NCBI GenBank assembly: GCA_965116495.1
Contig: OZ220696.1
Location: 3,840,001 to 3,904,000 of the forward strand
From: Gammaproteobacteria bacterium
GTDB lineage: Bacteria; Pseudomonadota; Gammaproteobacteria; Eutrophobiales; Eutrophobiaceae
Direction: 5' to 3'
Length of the DNA stretch: 64,000 nucleotides
Each line of letters starts with the position of its first letter. The first letter of the stretch is position 1. This document shows, piece by piece, positions 59,190 to 64,000 of this stretch. The notes under the pieces are model-generated. The model made no database searches, was not told the DNA's origin, and saw nothing but the letters and a program-made list of their open reading frames with translations. Made by a program: the position numbers and the translations under genes.

Positions 59190-60206
59190 ATGAAGACACG
59201 AGAAGACATCGCTGCTGCTGAAACTGTGAGGGTTGCCGCGGCAGCCCGCCTGCACCTGGGCTTCCTGGATTTGAACGGTGGCTTGCACAGGCGCTACGGC
59301 AGTATCGGGGTCGGGATAACGGGTTTTTCCACGGTGGTGAGTGTCTGCCATAGCGACCGGGTTGATATCGAGGGAGCGGATGATGAATATATCGCCCGGA
59401 TAACGGAAACCGTCCTGGATTATTTCCGCCTGAATTCCGGGGTCAGGGTTAAAGTTGAAGAATATATTCCCCGGCACCAGGGTCTGGGTTCCGGCACACA
59501 GATGGCCCTGGCATTGGGCGCTGCCATCACCGGCCTGTACGGTATCGACACCACGGTTGACGAACTTGCGCTTGCAACAGGAAGAGGAGCGCGTTCCGGG
59601 GTAGGGCTGGGGGTGTTCAAGGAGGGTGGTTTCATTCTTGACAGCGGCAAGACCGGAGGACACGGGTTGCCGACGCTGATATTCCGCCACGACCTTCCTG
59701 AAGAATGGCAGTTCGTCCTGGTGATGGATGAACGGGCCAAAGGGATAAACGGGATGGAAGAAATCGAAGCGTTCAATTCATTGCCGGATATGTCCCCCGA
59801 GGCCAGCGCGGAGATTTGCCAACAGGTATTGATGCGGATGCTGCCGAGTATTATAGAAAAAGATTGCGGGCAATTCGGTGCATCCGTCAGCAGGATACAG
59901 GCGCGCATCGGCGACTATTTCAGCGCTGCCCAGGGAGGTATGTTTGCCAGTGACAATGTAAGACGGACGCTTGAATTCCTGTTGGAAAACAAGGCAACAG
60001 GTATCGGCCAGACATCCTGGGGGCCGACCGGGTTTGCTGTATTCCCGGATAAAAAATCGGCAATGCAGGCCGTAGACAATTTAATCGGGAGGGATATGCA
60101 GGTAAGCCTGCGGTTTGCCGGGGCGGAAAACAACAAGGCCCAAGTCAACAGACTGGTGACGGCGGAGGCAGGACTGAAATCAGACCCCGCAACCCTGTTA
60201 CGGTAA
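59190..60206 (+). CDS. mptG: Beta-ribofuranosylaminobenzene 5'-phosphate synthase
   Basis: ARLHLGFLDL.G, P.HQGLGSGTQ GHMP motif, RG.RSG.G and GQ.SWGPTGF. Confidence 0.92.
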   Translation: MKTREDIAAAETVRVAAAARLHLGFLDLNGGLHRRYGSIGVGITGFSTVVSVCHSDRVDIEGADDEYIARITETVLDYFRLNSGVRVKVEEYIPRHQGLGSGTQMALALGAAITGLYGIDTTVDELALATGRGARSGVGLGVFKEGGFILDSGKTGGHGLPTLIFRHDLPEEWQFVLVMDERAKGINGMEEIEAFNSLPDMSPEASAEICQQVLMRMLPSIIEKDCGQFGASVSRIQARIGDYFSAAQGGMFASDNVRRTLEFLLENKATGIGQTSWGPTGFAVFPDKKSAMQAVDNLIGRDMQVSLRFAGAENNKAQVNRLVTAEAGLKSDPATLLR

Positions 60207-60270
60207 ACTGCTATAAACATCAGTAATTCCCTCATCCGGCATAATCAGCGGGGGCCCCTGTATAAACATT

Positions 60271-60299
60271 TGGACATTTGCCGGGCAGTGTTTTACAAT
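60271..60299 (+). promoter_or_regulatory. Candidate sigma70 promoter upstream of mch
   Basis: TGGACA-17 nt-TACAAT. Confidence 0.45.
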
Positions 60300-60502
60300 T
60301 CGCTCCCTTGCCGTAGGTATAACGTGATTAGCGTGGTGCAGATGGGGCCTTACGTTTTGGTGTGCCGACAGGTGTACAGCCCGTATATCAACATGCGCAT
60401 TTCACGCCGCGCTGCCGACGGGTTTTTATCCTGCTCGGAAAATTTCGTGAATTATTGGTCCGGGAAGACCCGGATGTGAATACACACATTACTATTAATG
60501 AC

Positions 60503-61498
60503 ATGAGAAATTTTGGCGCAGAAGAAACAAACCTGAGCATCAACACCTTGATCGCTCCGAAGGTAAATCAATTGATCAACACTTCGGGTGGGCTCGGATT
60601 GAATACCAGCCGCGCGGAAAACGGAAGTTTATTGATAGACGCGGGCATCGCCGGCTGTGGCAGTATTGAGGCCGGCAGACAAATTGCTGAAATCTGTCTT
60701 GGAGGACTGGCTACTGCGAGATTGCGGGCTTCGCGAGACTATGAAAACTGGCCGTGGCACGTGGACGTTCATACCAGCCATCCGGTGATTGCCTGTCTGG
60801 CCAGCCAATACGCCGGTTGGAGTCTTTCCAACGGCAAAGGCAAGGGGACATTCAACGCGTTGGGGTCCGGTCCGGCCAGGGCCCTGGGCAGCAAAGAACC
60901 GTTGTTTGATGAAATCGGTTATCGTGATAAAGCGGACCAAACCTGTATCATACTGGAAGTTGATACTATCCCGCCGGTTGAAATTGCCGATAAAATTGCC
61001 CGGCGGTGTCAGGTTTCGCCGGAAAACCTCACGCTTATCATGACGCCTACCTCAAGTTTGGCCGGCTCAGTGCAGGTTGTCGCCCGGGTATTTGAGGCCG
61101 CATTGCATAAGGCCCACACTATGCGTTTTCCCCTGAAAAGAATTGTAGACGGCATGGGCACCGTCCCCTTGTGTCCCCCCGCGCCGGATTTTCTGACGGC
61201 CATGAGCCGTACCAATGATGCGATTTTGTTCGGTGGCCAGGTCCATTTGTTTGTCAATGCGGGTAATGAAGATGCAGAGGCGCTGGCACGCGCGTTGCCA
61301 AGCAATACGTCAGAAGACTACGGCAGGCCGTTTGCCGAGGTATTCAGAAGCGCCGGTTTTGATTTCTACAAGCTTGATCCCATGTTGTTCAGCCCGGCTA
61401 TGGTGATCGTGAGTTCTCTCAGTACCGGGCGTTCGTTTAAGGCAGGAGAGATCAACCTTAGCGCCTTGAACAAATCATTCACCAGCATATTCAGTTAA
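60503..61498 (+). CDS. mch: Methenyl-H4MPT cyclohydrolase
   Basis: ID.G....GS.EAG, EICLGGL, ACLASQYAGW, GSGPARAL, RTNDAILFGG and DPMLFSPA; start uncertain. Confidence 0.94.
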   Translation: MRNFGAEETNLSINTLIAPKVNQLINTSGGLGLNTSRAENGSLLIDAGIAGCGSIEAGRQIAEICLGGLATARLRASRDYENWPWHVDVHTSHPVIACLASQYAGWSLSNGKGKGTFNALGSGPARALGSKEPLFDEIGYRDKADQTCIILEVDTIPPVEIADKIARRCQVSPENLTLIMTPTSSLAGSVQVVARVFEAALHKAHTMRFPLKRIVDGMGTVPLCPPAPDFLTAMSRTNDAILFGGQVHLFVNAGNEDAEALARALPSNTSEDYGRPFAEVFRSAGFDFYKLDPMLFSPAMVIVSSLSTGRSFKAGEINLSALNKSFTSIFS

Positions 61499-61526
61499 AC
61501 GGTAACTGTGTAACACCCGCAACATG

Positions 61527-61627
61527 GGAACATGGGGTCAGGTCGCACAATGCACGTTCTATCTTTTCTACAACTTACTTATCCAGTTCTTTGCCTGTGT
61601 GCATTGTGCGACCTGATCCCATGTTCT
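61527..61627. repeat. REP-like inverted repeat (GGGGTCAGGTCGCACA family)
   Basis: GAACATGGGGTCAGGTCGCACAATGCAC...GTGCATTGTGCGACCTGATCCCATGTTC. Confidence 0.8.
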
Positions 61628-61628
61628 C

Positions 61629-62462
61629 GTGGTTAACTTGGCCGCGCAGGTGTATGACTGTTTCATCTGCGATATCAATGCGTTAAAACCTGGTAACGTA
61701 GGCCGGCACGGCGCCGGCCACGGTATGGAATGTGCGGACTTTATCAGGAGTGCACAAGTCGTCACGCCCATCCTGTGTAATCATCGGCTTGGGCTTGGCG
61801 AAAGAATTCTGGCAGGTGTCGAGGCCACTCTTGCCGCGGTTCACTGCAATACCAACCTGGGCATGCTATTACTCATCGCACCTGTCATCAGGGTGTTTGA
61901 ACAGCTTGTTTCTCCGGAAGATTTCAAGGATACGATCAAACCCACCCTGATGTCGTTGGGGCGGCGGGAGGCACAGGACATCTTTGCGGCCATTCGCCTG
62001 GCCAATCCGGGGGGGCTTGGCAAGGTGGATAAATATGACGTAAACTCACCACTGGAAATTGATATATTTTCAGCTATGGATGCCGCGAAGGACCGTGACC
62101 TTATTGCCTTGCAATACGCAAACGGTTACCGGGAAGTCGTTAATTTGGGCATAAAATGCTTGCAAAACTATCACAATCGCTGGAATAGTGTAGAATGGGC
62201 GGTCGTTGCCTGTTATCTTATGTATATGGCGAGTTTCCCGGATTCCCATGTCCGCAGAAAACACGGAATGGAAATAGCGGAGCAGGTGAGGAAGAATACA
62301 GTACTTGTGCGGGAGCGGTTTACGGACTGCGATAATCCGGGGGATGCGAAAGATGTGTTGATGATCTTTGACAGGGAACTCAAAGAATCGGAAATTAATC
62401 CGGGCACCTGTGCAGATCTGACGATAGCCAGCCTGTTGTTGTACCGGCTCGGTGTTGGTTGA
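61629..62462 (+). CDS. CitG-like triphosphoribosyl-dephospho-CoA synthase family protein (Orf7 of H4MPT clusters)
   Basis: KPGNV, NTNLG..LL, AIRLANPGGLG, DSH..RK.G and NPGT.AD. Confidence 0.88.
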   Translation: MVNLAAQVYDCFICDINALKPGNVGRHGAGHGMECADFIRSAQVVTPILCNHRLGLGERILAGVEATLAAVHCNTNLGMLLLIAPVIRVFEQLVSPEDFKDTIKPTLMSLGRREAQDIFAAIRLANPGGLGKVDKYDVNSPLEIDIFSAMDAAKDRDLIALQYANGYREVVNLGIKCLQNYHNRWNSVEWAVVACYLMYMASFPDSHVRRKHGMEIAEQVRKNTVLVRERFTDCDNPGDAKDVLMIFDRELKESEINPGTCADLTIASLLLYRLGVG

Positions 62463-62581
62463 TTCTGGCTGTTGTAGCTGCTGGTGCGGGTGATAGTTGA
62501 TAGACCTTACGGAGGTTTATTATGTTTAAAATTCTTGACAAACTTACTAGTATATTTAAATCAGAAGAAGGAGGTAATGAT

Positions 62582-63094
62582 ATGGCCGTTATTGATAGAG
62601 TACTCGTTGGTGAAGCATTGGTGGGAGATGGTAATGAGGTCGCACATATCGACCTGATCATGGGGCCCCGTGGTAGCGCGGCAGAGACCGCGGCCTGCAA
62701 TGCCCTTACCAACAATAAAGACGGTTTTACATCCCTGTTGGCAGTCGTATCACCAAACCTGGCATGTAAACCTACTACGGTTATGTTCAACAAGGTGACT
62801 ATCAAGGGCGCAAAGCAAGCCGTGCAGATGTTCGGTCCGGCTCAACGTGCAGTGTCGATGGCGGTCATGGATTGCGTTGAAGATGGCACCATTCCTGCCG
62901 ATGAAGCCGATGATATTTTTATCTGTGTCGGTGTGTTTATACACTGGTTGGCAGAGGACGATGGCAAAATTCAGGATTACAATTACGAATCCGTGAAGAT
63001 GTCAATCAAACGTGCTGTTGCTCGTGAACCCAAGGCTTCCGAAGTATTGAGCAAGCGGGGAGACGCGGATCATCCGTTCCAGGCTCACTCATAA
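62582..63094 (+). CDS. fae: Formaldehyde-activating enzyme
   Basis: [39 protein letters not shown] and GVFIHW; alternative in-frame start at 62522. Confidence 0.96.
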   Translation: MAVIDRVLVGEALVGDGNEVAHIDLIMGPRGSAAETAACNALTNNKDGFTSLLAVVSPNLACKPTTVMFNKVTIKGAKQAVQMFGPAQRAVSMAVMDCVEDGTIPADEADDIFICVGVFIHWLAEDDGKIQDYNYESVKMSIKRAVAREPKASEVLSKRGDADHPFQAHS

Positions 63095-63123
63095 CAACTA
63101 TTTGTAACCACTTGTCGTACCAT

Positions 63124-63150
63124 AACCCCGGCGCAAGCCGGGGTTTTTGT
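63124..63150 (+). terminator. Rho-independent terminator after fae
   Basis: AACCCCGGC-GCAA-GCCGGGGTT followed by TTTGT. Confidence 0.82.
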
Positions 63151-63187
63151 TATACACAACGACATAAATAATGCCGCATCATGGTTT

Positions 63188-63297
63188 GTCATTTGCAAAT
63201 GTTTATCCGGGCGAAGGCAGGGACCGGAATCCAGTAGACGATAAAACTCCTTATAGGGAATGTTTTTTCGCTGGATTCCTGCATTCGCAGGAATGAC
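63188..63297. repeat. Degenerate REP element (GTCATTCC...GGAATCCAG / CTGGATTCC...GGAATGAC type)
   Basis: GGAATCCAG...CTGGATTCCTGCATTCGCAGGAATGAC. Confidence 0.6.
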
Positions 63298-63356
63298 GAA
63301 CAGCAGGAATGACAAACGTGGCGCGATTTATGACGTTACGTATAGAACTGTATTTT

Positions 63357-63998
63357 CTATACTTTCTGTATCTGGATCAGGTGCTCGGATGTGATCTTTT
63401 TGTTGTGTAAAGATGAGGCGAGCAGCGCCCCGTGCACGCCGCAGGCGCTGAGCAGGCGCAAGTCATCCGCGTTACGCACGCCTCCGGCTGCATAGACCTG
63501 TTTGTCAGGCAGTTTATCGATCAGGCTACGGATGCGTTCCAGGTCAGGCCCCCTGTTGCTGCCTACCCGTTCCAGGGCCATGATGATCAGCCGTCGCGGC
63601 AACAGATCAGGCCGCTCCAGCAGGTCTGTATTGCCCAGAAGACGTCTGCCGGTGTAATCCAGTGATAAGATACTATCCGGATTGCGCGTATAATCGGCGA
63701 GTTGATCGACGGCGATTCCGGTTTCCGAGCCCAGTACGTTGCAGACGCGATCCTGGAAGGAACCGGGGTTTCCGCTGCTGAACAGCTCCAGGCCTGAATC
63801 TATCCATAAGCTGATTTCGTCGTTGGTCTCCAGTAACCGGGTGATGAGAGTGTGGTTGTTGCCGTTATTTTCAATGGCATTGAGATCCGCGATGTAAAAT
63901 GTCTTGAATGGGAATACCGACAGGTAGGCGCGGACGACGGCCAGGATATCCGGTACCGGACAAAGTGGCGTGGCCAGGGGCCGGTATGTTTGTCTTTT
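63357..63998 (-). CDS. HisA/HisF-related TIM-barrel protein (Orf17 of H4MPT clusters), 5'-truncated by the window edge
   Basis: Frame open to the window end: YRPL..PL, FYIADLNAI, WIDSG, LGSET, RVGS..GPD, AAGGVR and ASSLH. Confidence 0.85.
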   Translation of the reverse strand, partial: KRQTYRPLATPLCPVPDILAVVRAYLSVFPFKTFYIADLNAIENNGNNHTLITRLLETNDEISLWIDSGLELFSSGNPGSFQDRVCNVLGSETGIAVDQLADYTRNPDSILSLDYTGRRLLGNTDLLERPDLLPRRLIIMALERVGSNRGPDLERIRSLIDKLPDKQVYAAGGVRNADDLRLLSACGVHGALLASSLHNKKITSEHLIQIQKV

Positions 63999-64000
63999 TC

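Overview
Chromosomal segment of a GC-rich gammaproteobacterium, probably a methylotroph. The first ~37.7 kb is mostly housekeeping: dnaQ 3' end, grxD, argD-argF-surE-pcm-nlpD-rpoS, adk-mrcB, tRNA-fMet-rimP-nusA-infB-rbfA-truB-rpsO-pnp, metA, rpsP-rimM-trmD-rplS-xerD-dsbC and hldE-hldD-waaA. It also holds an orphan Tat-exported molybdoenzyme large subunit and an atypical PQQ dehydrogenase. The last ~26 kb is a C1-metabolism cluster: a TonB receptor, a SoxYZ-like carrier, and a lanthanide-type XoxF with two unusual loop insertions, followed by a blue-copper protein where the cytochrome XoxG normally sits, then xoxJ. After these come two co-oriented formylmethanofuran complexes (an archaeal-like FwdDBA-Ftr-FwdC with intact metal ligand, then ferredoxin and ferredoxin-NADP+ reductase, then a canonical FhcBADC) and mptG, mch, orf7, fae and orf17. 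Intergenic DNA is dense with non-autonomous repeats. These include five copies of a TA-flanked MITE whose terminal repeat carries an ATG that appears to rescue mrcB translation, a ~73-bp GGA-loop multi-hairpin cassette (one copy translated in frame inside a gene), several REP-like palindrome families and inverted heptamer arrays. All calls come from reading the sequence and recalling family motifs; no database searches were run.
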